Shown here: piece after piece, positions 1 through 7,636 of the stretch
Numbering within the stretch: the first letter of the stretch is position 1
How the letters are laid out: the number at the start of each line of letters is the position of its first letter
Assembly (NCBI GenBank): GCA_963697165.1
Contig: CAVOMX010000013.1
Location: forward strand, 1-15,389
Direction of reading: 5' to 3'
DNA from: Candidatus Bathyarchaeota archaeon
GTDB lineage: Archaea; Thermoproteota; Bathyarchaeia; Bathyarchaeales; Bathyarchaeaceae
Length of the DNA stretch: 15,389 nt
Notes under the pieces: generated by a model
Told to the model about the DNA's origin: nothing
Database searches by the model: none
What the model saw: the letters and a program-made list of their open reading frames with translations, nothing else
Translations under genes and position numbers: made by a program

Positions 1-1177
1 ATATTCCCTTCTCCAGATGCTTCGTGTCCACCACTATGTTGTCGCGTTTGCTGCTCCACTCTGAAAGTGGCATATCCCCAACCTTATGCTTAGAGTTGCT
101 GTAATCGCCCGGAGAATAGAGCATACATCCGCATCGTTCAAGAAACACACTCGCGCCCTCATCATACGCACTTCTGCCAATCCTAGCCAGCAGATAAGCT
201 AGCCGCGGATCAAAAACTGGAATCCTGCCGCTTTTTATCGCAGCATCTCGCACTGTCTCGTACCTGTCTATGTCCTTCCACGTAAACCCGACCATAGCCA
301 AGCCTTCACATTTAGAAAATATGTCGGTTAGGTCTGCTTCCACCTTCTTTTCGTCGTCAGGCTCCTGCTGGTCAATACGTGTTCCTTCACAGAACATTAC
401 ATCAGGCGCAAGACCGCTCAGCTCATCTCCCAAATTATAGCCAGACCTTCCATGAAACCGAACATCTCCAGTATACAGCACCTGAGAATCTTTAGTTTCT
501 ACAAGACAAGCCATAGACCCCGGTATAGAATGATCCACATTAAAGCCCGTAACCATTAACCCATTCTCGATTGTTTTTTGCCTCCTATGTTCCAGATTAC
601 AGAATTCTCGGTTTATCTCTTCTTTTGAGTAATCTACTTTTGGTTCACCGGGAAAAAATCCTGTTTTCAGCGTTCCCATCTCGCGGCCTTTCGTAGCCGT
701 CAACTGTTTATCCAAACTCTGCAAGTTTCCAATCTCAGAAACCGCATCCATCAGCGTCTTTGTCATTTCAGAACACAAAAACGGAAATGCACCCAGATAC
801 GGAGTATAGCCACAATGATCCAGATGCGCATGCGAAATAAACAATGCATCAGGATGCCAAGAACCCGCTTTCACTGCATCCTCAAAACTTTGTACATCTA
901 CTTTCCACAAGTCTTTTGCCCTAACATTGTAACTTTCAAAATCGGTGGGACAAAGGGCATCCTGCCTGTAGACTCCATCTATGCGCGGCAGCAAACCCAG
1001 TTTCAGTAAATCTTGAATTTTGCATCCTGACCGAGGCTGCAGAAACTCTTCAAAAAATAGGCTTTCTTGACTGTATGACAGACCAAAATCTAGGAAGATT
1101 GAGCCTTTATCGAGTTTGGCAAGTATTTTGTTTCCTCCGATATCTGCTACTCCACCGTAACAAGTGAATTTGATCAT
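1..1177 (-). CDS. MBL-fold metallo-hydrolase, RNase J / beta-CASP-like (3' end runs off the window)
   Basis: Not in the ORF track because the stop is outside the window. Manual minus-strand translation from ATG 1177 gives MIKFTCYGGVADIGGNKIL...FLDFG..., ISHAHLDHCG (HxHxDH), VDHSIPGS, YTGDVRFHG and CEGTRI, the MBL motif series of archaeal RNase J-like proteins. Confidence 0.88.
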   Translation of the reverse strand, partial: MIKFTCYGGVADIGGNKILAKLDKGSIFLDFGLSYSQESLFFEEFLQPRSGCKIQDLLKLGLLPRIDGVYRQDALCPTDFESYNVRAKDLWKVDVQSFEDAVKAGSWHPDALFISHAHLDHCGYTPYLGAFPFLCSEMTKTLMDAVSEIGNLQSLDKQLTATKGREMGTLKTGFFPGEPKVDYSKEEINREFCNLEHRRQKTIENGLMVTGFNVDHSIPGSMACLVETKDSQVLYTGDVRFHGRSGYNLGDELSGLAPDVMFCEGTRIDQQEPDDEKKVEADLTDIFSKCEGLAMVGFTWKDIDRYETVRDAAIKSGRIPVFDPRLAYLLARIGRSAYDEGASVFLERCGCMLYSPGDYSNSKHKVGDMPLSEWSSKRDNIVVDTKHLEKGI

Positions 1178-1299
1178 CAACTAGAACCCCACAACAAAAG
1201 TTAGTTCTCAAGAGCCAAATATAAAACATGTCACACCGTCAAAATGCAATAAAGTGATTGAACCTGTCTGAATTGTAATTAAGCAAAAAATCAGATAAC

Positions 1300-1884
1300 C
1301 TACTCACGATTTTTTTCTAGGAACCTATAGATTGCATCGTCATATCGTGCGGTTTCTTTGAAGGCTTCCACAGCCAAAACTTTTCTGTTTTCCACGCTTA
1401 CGTCGCCGTTCTTCTTGTATTCTCTTAGAACTTGACCGTATCTGCTGGGGTTAACGACTACAACAACGTTCTCAAAATTTTTTGCTGCAGCCCTAATCAT
1501 GTTAGGTCCGCCGATGTCAATGTTCTCTAGGGCAGTCTTCATGTCTGCTCCTTGTTCCGTTACCTTTTCAAAGGGATACAGATTACACACAACCAAATCG
1601 ATAGGCTCTATTCCAAACATTTCAAGGTCCTCGATGTGCTCTTTGTTGTCTCTTAGGGCAAGTATGCCGCCCATCAGCTTTGGGTGCTCAGTTTTGACTC
1701 TGCCCTCTAGTATCTCAGAAAATTCAGTGACTTCAGAAACATGTCTAACCAATCGGATTCCCTCCTCTTTTAGAATTTTCAATGTCCCGCCAGTTGAAAT
1801 TATTTCGAATCCCAGTTTGTTGAGTTCTCTAACGAAACTAACAATACCTGTTTTGTCATAGACCGAAATCAGGGCACGCTTCAT
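1300..1884 (-). CDS. purH: IMP cyclohydrolase domain of PurH (MGS-like), stand-alone, ~194 aa
   Basis: MKRALISVYDKTG, STGGT, GRVKTEHP, DLVVCNLYPF and ENIDIGGPNMIRAAAKN match the PurH N-terminal domain. The ORF ends before any transformylase domain. Start moved from 2049 to ATG 1884 (1890 also possible). Confidence 0.9.
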   Translation of the reverse strand: MKRALISVYDKTGIVSFVRELNKLGFEIISTGGTLKILKEEGIRLVRHVSEVTEFSEILEGRVKTEHPKLMGGILALRDNKEHIEDLEMFGIEPIDLVVCNLYPFEKVTEQGADMKTALENIDIGGPNMIRAAAKNFENVVVVVNPSRYGQVLREYKKNGDVSVENRKVLAVEAFKETARYDDAIYRFLEKNRE

Positions 1885-2000
1885 AATCATCAACACCAAC
1901 CAAGGCTCTGTCTTGTTATTAGGTGTAATGAAACAAAAGTCTTTCAACTGCCTTATTTTATGCCAAAAATTAAAAAGGATAACAAAAACATAACAGAAAG

Positions 2001-2034
2001 TGGAAACGGATTCGCTAATATGAATCTGATTCCA
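2001..2034 (+). promoter_or_regulatory. Stem-loop in the probable alba 5' leader
   Basis: TGGAA-A-CGGATTC-GCTAATAT-GAATCTG-A-TTCCA: 12 pairs including one G-U, plus one A/A mismatch, about 40 nt before the RBS. Confidence 0.45.
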
Positions 2035-2085
2035 AGCATGAGACCACAAAGTAGACTTAAAGAAGAAAATAAGGGAGGTGTCTAT

Positions 2086-2361
2086 ATGTCAAAAGACCCA
2101 AACACGATCTATGTTGGAACGAAACCTGCAATGAGCTACGTGCTGGCAGTGATCACCCACTTCAACGAGTCTAGCGCCAAAGATGTTACTTTGAAGGCCA
2201 GAGGAAGAGCAATAACAACAGCTATAGACGTTGTCGAAATAGTCCGCCGCAAGTTTCTAAAAGAACTCAAAACTGCCAAAATCGAAATTGGAACCGAAGA
2301 GCTCCAACGAGAAGACGGAACAAGAAACGTTTCAACAATAGAGATAAACTTGAAGCGCTGA
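2086..2361 (+). CDS. albA: DNA/RNA-binding protein Alba (91 aa)
   Basis: IYVGTKPAMSYVLAV, KARGRAITTAIDVVE and NVSTIEINL are Alba motifs. GGAGGTG RBS at 2074-2080 fixes the start at ATG 2086. Confidence 0.95.
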   Translation: MSKDPNTIYVGTKPAMSYVLAVITHFNESSAKDVTLKARGRAITTAIDVVEIVRRKFLKELKTAKIEIGTEELQREDGTRNVSTIEINLKR

Positions 2362-2393
2362 ACATCCTACAGCCTTTAAGTTTTAAACAAAAA

Positions 2394-2427
2394 TCCCCAT
2401 TTTTGCTTTTATATTTTTTCTGTTTTT
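2394..2427 (+). terminator. Oligo-T terminator of alba
   Basis: TCCCCATTTTTGCTTTTATATTTTTTCTGTTTTT downstream of the alba stop, between convergent genes. Confidence 0.55.
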
Positions 2428-2476
2428 GTCGTAACCCTTTTTGTGGTTGGTACAAGGCTGGAAACGTGTTTTTTGT

Positions 2477-2821
2477 TTAGAAGCTGTCTTGTTTTAGGTA
2501 GTAATCGTCTTCTTTTTTTGCTCCAAAGCTTCTTACGCCCTTTGTCTTCAGCTGTTTTCTAAGTTTTTTCGCGTATTCAGGGCTTATTTCCTGTCTCTTC
2601 TCCAAATAGCAGATTATCTCTTCCGCTTGTTCTGCTTTGTCACATCTACGGAGAAAATCAATCGCATCCGGTGTATAACCAGTAAATTTCTTTGAAACCG
2701 CCTTCTCAGCAGTAGTGAAGTCGGATCGAACCGAATTTATTTTTGTTCCACAGTTTTCACTTGACAGCTCTTGAGCCAAGTTCGGGAACATTTTTTGAAA
2801 CTTTTCCTTTTTGAGGTCCAT
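2477..2821 (-). CDS. DUF2095-family conserved archaeal protein
   Basis: FQKMFPNLAQEL...GYTPDAIDFLRRC...EIICYLEKRQEIS.EYAKKLRKQL...GVRSFG resembles DUF2095 (recognised from memory). Confidence 0.75.
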   Translation of the reverse strand: MDLKKEKFQKMFPNLAQELSSENCGTKINSVRSDFTTAEKAVSKKFTGYTPDAIDFLRRCDKAEQAEEIICYLEKRQEISPEYAKKLRKQLKTKGVRSFGAKKEDDYYLKQDSF

Positions 2822-2942
2822 CTTCAGGGGTTCTCCTTCTAGATGATTAATTACTGTTGTTTGTTGACTTTTGTTCCTGCATTTTTTCTTTGATTGAACC
2901 TATATTTAAATTGTAATCCACATTTTTTCTGAAAGACACTTT

Positions 2943-3565
2943 CTAGTTGGGTACAAACTTTTGAAGCGGATTCTCCTCGAGCGTTCTGGTAAGCTGCTTT
3001 AGGCTCAGACCCTTTCTTAATGTCTCCGTATGTTTCGCATCTTTCTGGTTGCCCCAGATGCTCGGGGCTTCGAACCACAACTTCTACCCCGTCTCCAGAA
3101 GAAAGAAGGACATGAATGTGAAAAGATGACTCTTTTTTGCCATCCTTAGTTACTGAACGCCGCTCTGAACTCTTTGTTTCAAAGTTTTCCTTCTGAAGCT
3201 GATTTACAACCTGAAAGTGATCTTGGGAAAACGTGTGTACGTCTATGTCGCTGTTTTGTCGGGCTGTTCCCCTCCAAACGCTTCCCACAAGACGCGGATT
3301 AAACTCCTTTAGCGCCTCCATAATTTCTTTTGCTTCTCTTCGCATTCTTAGAAGCAGTTCCTTTCTTTGGGTGCCTTCCCTCTCTTCGGCGATTCTGTCA
3401 AGTTCCTCTGCAACCTCAAAGTTGCTGGGAAGAGTTCTGGAGCCTAACGTTTCTGCGGCTCTTTGTTTGGCTTGCATGTACTCTTTTTCTTGGGACGTGT
3501 AGAGCAGCTAGTGCGGCTTCTTGGGCAACTCTGTTTCTTAAAATTTTTGTGCGGTTGCCCTTCAA
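2943..3565 (-). pseudogene. Pol-beta-superfamily nucleotidyltransferase-domain protein with two apparent +1 frameshifts (~3510 and ~3011); may be intact if these are sequencing errors
   Basis: Core LVGSVWRG...SDIDV motif. Removing one base near 3510 joins TTG 3565 (MKGNRTKILRNRVAQEAA) to LLYTSQEKEYMQAK. Removing one base near 3011 gives KKGLSLKQLTRTLEENPLQKFVPN* with the stop at 2943-2945. Confidence 0.8.
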
Positions 3566-3756
3566 AACTATCCCTCAACACTATTTACGTGTGGATGAAA
3601 CTTTTGGATGTTGCTGTCTGTTTTATTCATCAAACGAACTGTTGGCAGACGTGAAAAGAACTAAGCAACACTTGATTACTTTACAAGATAGGTAATTAAA
3701 ACAAAAAAATAGAAGAAAAAAGGTTCGAAATGAAGACTTGACATCAACCTGTGATG

Positions 3757-3894
3757 TTAGTATCTTCTTCGTTTAGCAAAACATTCTCTGCAGTATACAG
3801 GTCTGCTTCCGCTAGGCTTGAATGGAACTTCACATTCTTTGCCGCACTCTGCACATGTTGCTTTATGCATCTCGCGGTTCTCTCTATAAGACAA
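3757..3894 (-). CDS. CxxC-x17-CxxC domain small zinc-finger protein (45 aa)
   Basis: Below the ORF-track size cutoff. MSYRENREMHKATCAECGKECEVPFKPSGSRPVYCRECFAKRRRY*, with a TTG start and a perfect GGAGGTG RBS at 3903-3909. Confidence 0.92.
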   Translation of the reverse strand: MSYRENREMHKATCAECGKECEVPFKPSGSRPVYCRECFAKRRRY

Positions 3895-4032
3895 GTAGCT
3901 TACACCTCCACTTTACTCGAAAAGAACTAGTTTTTATTGAACTCCAATTCTTACGTGTAGACTCAGTTGCTTAATTTCCTTATAACTGTATGCTAAATTT
4001 TGGCGCTAAACTGTTGACTACATGGAAATCTT

Positions 4033-5493
4033 TTAATTGTTTGTGTCTGTGAAGAAAAGTCTTGTTTGTCCCATAGTTTTGATGTCGAGGGCTCTGACAT
4101 TCACCATCACAGGAAAATCGTTAACTGCTTTTCCAATGAGCAGACAGTGATGAGGCGGAAGTTCCTGAGCAATAGACTTCACGGTTTCAGAATCTACTCT
4201 TGCAGCCTTTGAAACGGTTTCCAAATCACGTTCGTTGCTGAAGTTGAAGAGAAAGACGCTGTCGGCTTGGCGATAGATGTTCTCTTTTATTGTGTCAGGC
4301 TGATTAGTCACAAAATTGGTGAACAAACCAAAGTGCCTCATCCGCGTAACGATGTCTTCCCAGTATGTTTCCCTGAGGTAAAGATGTGCCTCCTCTGCAA
4401 ACAGGAAAACAGACTTGATTTTCCATTGACCAAGAATCTTCACAAGATTCCCAAGAGTATACTCCAGCACAATCTGGCGGTCAACCGACGAAACATCCTT
4501 CAGGTTGATTACTAAGGCTCCGCCATCCTTCTTGGTTTTCTCGAAAAGCTGCTCAAAGCTTGTTGCAGACTCTTCGTTGTCTGTGAAAAAGCCTGAATTT
4601 ACGAGGCTGTAGTAACGGGAGAACAGAGCATCCCGCACATGCATGTTACCGCCAGATTGCTTGATTGCTTCTCCAAGACCTTCAAGAGAGATTTTTCTTT
4701 GTTGACACAATGTTTTCCATATGTGTTTAAACTCTCTGGTGGATGTTCCGGGAAGATCCAGAGCGTGAATCATTATCTTCAAAATGACGCTTAAGCCCAT
4801 CTGAGCCAAAGAAACCTTGAAGTTTGCTCCGGGAGTAAGCACATGCACCCTGCTGCTGTACTCGTTGTCTTCTCCCTTAGCGGAAAGACCCATCCCCGTG
4901 TATTCGCCGTTAAGGTCAAGAACCACAACCGTAGCCTTGTAGTCAACAAGACCCAAAACAAGCAGTTTCGAAAGATGAGATTTTCCTGTTCCCTTCTTGC
5001 CGGTTATAATATTTAGTCTTCCGTCGAGGTCATGAGCCGTGATGTTCAAAGGAGAACCATCCTTTGTTTCGCCGATGTTGATGGGAAGCTCTGTGCTGCC
5101 GCCAACATGCGCCAGCAAAGCGTTGATTGGAATTTTTGTGATTCCAGAATTGGAGCGGGAAGGAAGCCACGACGAATTTATGCGTAGTTTATCGTTTAGT
5201 ATTGTTCCTCGAATTTTGCAAATGAGCATACGGGCGTCTTGGATATGATTTATGTGTGATGAGATGCCTAGTGGGTCAAAGCTTTCGCCATAAACCTGTT
5301 CTTCGGTTGTGGAGTCGCGGAGAAGTTCTTCAAGAAGCCCTGGAACACTGGCGAACTGGACGTCGATTACCTGCGTGATCAGTTTCCTGTTGACCATTGT
5401 GTCTTCTACGAGAAGATAGTCGCCTTTCTCAACGTCGTCGCTTGGAGAGCTGAGAATCTGGATGCTGTTTCCTTCTTTCTTGTAGAGCCGCAT
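4033..5493 (-). CDS. herA: HerA/FtsK-like ATPase (DUF87 / helicase HerA family)
   Basis: N-terminal HAS-barrel-like region, Walker A GKKGTGKS, DLNGEY, Walker B FLFAEEAH, RMRHFG and VTNQP. Starts 3 bp after the nurA stop. Confidence 0.88.
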   Translation of the reverse strand: MRLYKKEGNSIQILSSPSDDVEKGDYLLVEDTMVNRKLITQVIDVQFASVPGLLEELLRDSTTEEQVYGESFDPLGISSHINHIQDARMLICKIRGTILNDKLRINSSWLPSRSNSGITKIPINALLAHVGGSTELPINIGETKDGSPLNITAHDLDGRLNIITGKKGTGKSHLSKLLVLGLVDYKATVVVLDLNGEYTGMGLSAKGEDNEYSSRVHVLTPGANFKVSLAQMGLSVILKIMIHALDLPGTSTREFKHIWKTLCQQRKISLEGLGEAIKQSGGNMHVRDALFSRYYSLVNSGFFTDNEESATSFEQLFEKTKKDGGALVINLKDVSSVDRQIVLEYTLGNLVKILGQWKIKSVFLFAEEAHLYLRETYWEDIVTRMRHFGLFTNFVTNQPDTIKENIYRQADSVFLFNFSNERDLETVSKAARVDSETVKSIAQELPPHHCLLIGKAVNDFPVMVNVRALDIKTMGQTRLFFTDTNN

Positions 5494-5496
5494 CTG

Positions 5497-6579
5497 TTAT
5501 CCCTCTGCTCCTTTGCCGAAGGGACCAAAAAGCATCCGCCGCACGTTCGGTCTGGTAACTATCTTGAGTCCATATTGTTGGGCTATGAACCGCTGGATGC
5601 CGATTACTTCGGTGGCTGTGAAGGTTGAGTATATGTGAGCCATCCGTAACGTTTCAGGGTAGCTTTGAATCAGCAGGTCGCTTCCTAGAAGACTCTGAAC
5701 TGCCTCTATGCCCTGTTCTTGTGGAACCTTTTTGTCGATGTCTAACCTGAAGGAGCATACTCCGCGAGTTAGTTTTGCGATGTAGATGTTTCCAAGGAGT
5801 AGAACTGGACCTGAAGATGCTGGAAAATTGTTTATTTGCAGAAGACATGGAGGCACCGCTTTTTCTGCGTAATCTGTTAGTTTGTGACCTGAGAACCTCA
5901 AATTGGTGTTTTTGGAGAATGCTAGGACAGTGTTGAGGCGGTTTCTTGCGATTTCTAGGAGCCGTGACATTTCATCCACGGGGCTGTCAGCCATTCCTGC
6001 TGTCATGGAGCCGTCCCATAGAATGATGGTGCCGTATGTCGAACAGGAGATGCCCAGTTGGAGCCAGCGTTCGAGTAGGTTGCCCATTCTGGCTTGCATA
6101 TTGACGATGTTTGGGGTTTCTGAGAATTCGAAGTGATTGTTTCTGAAGAGTTTGTGGATTTCTTTTTTGTTTTGTTCTGTTATGTGGAATGGGAATGGTC
6201 CTATCCGTTGGTATTTGTATCTGTTTTTTTCTTTCCAGACTATTGCTCCTCTTATTGCGCAGAGTTCGCCTGTTTCGGTTTCTCCTATTCGTATGCTTGA
6301 AACGTCGATAGCAACGACTGGTCTTTCGTTTGTGGTTGGCTGTAGTTGGATTGTCTTTATTGTGGAGGGTTGTTGAATCTTCATGATTGGTGTTGCGTCT
6401 GCAATATGTTCTGTTGCGGGTTGGTTGATTGGGGTTTGGTTGAGTTGTAGGTAACTGCTTTCTATGTTTTTCATGGAGCTTAGGCTTAGTTCTATGAATG
6501 CTTGTGGGAGCTGTAGTTGTTGGATGGAGGGTGGAAATTTATATGTTGGTGTTGTTGTATAGTTTAATTGTTCAATCAA
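5497..6579 (-). CDS. nurA: NurA-family nuclease with a Q/P/T-rich N-terminal extension
   Basis: VVAIDVSS, ILWDGSM, FSKNT and YPETLRMAH follow the NurA motif pattern, and the gene is coupled to herA. Start codon (TTG 6579) is uncertain. Confidence 0.8.
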   Translation of the reverse strand: MIEQLNYTTTPTYKFPPSIQQLQLPQAFIELSLSSMKNIESSYLQLNQTPINQPATEHIADATPIMKIQQPSTIKTIQLQPTTNERPVVAIDVSSIRIGETETGELCAIRGAIVWKEKNRYKYQRIGPFPFHITEQNKKEIHKLFRNNHFEFSETPNIVNMQARMGNLLERWLQLGISCSTYGTIILWDGSMTAGMADSPVDEMSRLLEIARNRLNTVLAFSKNTNLRFSGHKLTDYAEKAVPPCLLQINNFPASSGPVLLLGNIYIAKLTRGVCSFRLDIDKKVPQEQGIEAVQSLLGSDLLIQSYPETLRMAHIYSTFTATEVIGIQRFIAQQYGLKIVTRPNVRRMLFGPFGKGAEG

Positions 6580-6614
6580 TAAGATTCACCAATATGGAAG
6601 TGATTTAGTTGGTG

Positions 6615-6630
6615 CAATATTTAAATATTG
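6615..6630. promoter_or_regulatory. Perfect 16-bp palindrome containing a bidirectional TATA box
   Basis: CAATATTTAAATATTG is its own reverse complement. TTTAAATA reads on both strands, 36 and 45 bp from the two divergent start codons. Confidence 0.7.
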
Positions 6631-6674
6631 TGCATGTGCATCATGAACAATACAATAAACAATAAGGGGAAAGA

Positions 6675-7076
6675 ATGACAGAAACAACAGACCCGCCAAT
6701 CCGCCTAAAAATGAAGGTAGGCAACCTAGAATTCGAAATCGAATGCCAACAAGACCAACTGGAAGAAGCAGTAAAACGAATCCTATCTACAGTAACCGCA
6801 TACTCAAAAGAACCCATGATCATACCCGAACGCCCCCTACCCGCGCCAAGAGCAGAAACCTGCAAAAGCCTTATACAGCAACTCTGGACCGAAGGATGGT
6901 TCTCATCCCCACATGGACTAGGAGAAGTCCACAGCGAAATGGCACGCAAAGGCTTCCACTACGACCGAACAGCAGTAGCCCACGCACTAGTGGACCTAAT
7001 GAAGGAAGGGTTACTGACAAGAGAGGGACAACCACGACGCTACCGCTACGCCCAAAAAAGACCTCCTAGAGCCTAA
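6675..7076 (+). CDS. Hypothetical protein with a C-terminal winged helix-turn-helix domain
   Basis: LW.EGWFSSPHGLGEVHSEM...GFHYDRTAVAHALVDLMKEGLLTREG.PRRYRY is a wHTH pattern. N-terminal IRLKMKVGNLEFEIEC module. AGGGGA RBS-like sequence upstream. Confidence 0.75.
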   Translation: MTETTDPPIRLKMKVGNLEFEIECQQDQLEEAVKRILSTVTAYSKEPMIIPERPLPAPRAETCKSLIQQLWTEGWFSSPHGLGEVHSEMARKGFHYDRTAVAHALVDLMKEGLLTREGQPRRYRYAQKRPPRA

Positions 7077-7099
7077 ACGCCTATCCAATACAGATTTTA

Positions 7100-7353
7100 T
7101 CAGTTAAGGCACTTTGAAGAATCTTTTAGTTCTTTCCACTTGGCAACAAAATCTCGTCCTTACTCGGTTGCCACATATTTTGTTAACTCGTCTTTGATTT
7201 ACAGAAACCCATGTTCTTACATGAAAGAGAGATAATCCTGAAGCATCTTCCCTGACAGATTTGTGCCCTACATAAACCGCTTCTTGGTCTTCGGCTTGAA
7301 CACAAACCAAGAATCTACGCCATAATTTCTATGCGATCTCTCTCACTACTCAT
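7100..7353 (-). pseudogene. Degraded archaeal winged-helix regulator (HTH_45 / COG3432-like)
   Basis: From ATG 7353: MSSERDRIEIMA*ILGLCS / frameshift / KPKTKKRFM*GTNLSGKMLQDYLSFM*EHGFL*IKDELTKYVATE*GRDFVAKWKELKD. Five internal stops (7315, 7268, 7217, 7199, 7160) and one frameshift near 7298. Confidence 0.8.
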
Positions 7354-7546
7354 CGCAATCACAAGAATACACACTCTTTTATCAGTGAAGCATTTTTAAT
7401 GTATCTGTTCTGTATTCCAGTTCGAAAGTAAATTTTCCAGAAAAACACTGCAGATTCCAATTCTAGGCTTAACAATAAAGCCAAGAAGGCTCCAAAAACA
7501 GGTTATTTAACAACCAAAACTAGACAACATGCTATAAAATACGTCT

Positions 7547-7594
7547 AAAAAGTCGCCTAATTACTGTCATGCGACTTTGGTTAGGCAGCTAACC
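7547..7594 (-). terminator. Tandem hairpins plus T-run downstream of the reductase operon
   Basis: Minus strand reads GGTTAG-CTGC-CTAACC, then AAAGTCGC-N14-GCGACTTT ending in TTTTT, about 45 nt after the ferredoxin stop. Confidence 0.45.
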
Positions 7595-7636
7595 CTTGAA
7601 ACTATTGCCAAAAACTAGTTGACCTTTATACTAAGC

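Noticed and set aside
1885..2085. Overlapping N-terminal extensions of purH (from 2049) and alba (from 1960)
   Set aside because: Family N-termini and the RBS place the starts at 1884 and 2086, so this stretch is a divergent promoter/leader region.
6605..6640. Xer dif site
   Set aside because: Starts with GGTGC like bacterial dif but lacks the TAA-N6-TTA arm and spacer layout. A bidirectional TATA box explains it more simply.
7104..7310. 68-aa ORF from the track
   Set aside because: Alternative frame of the wHTH pseudogene with no recognisable motif.
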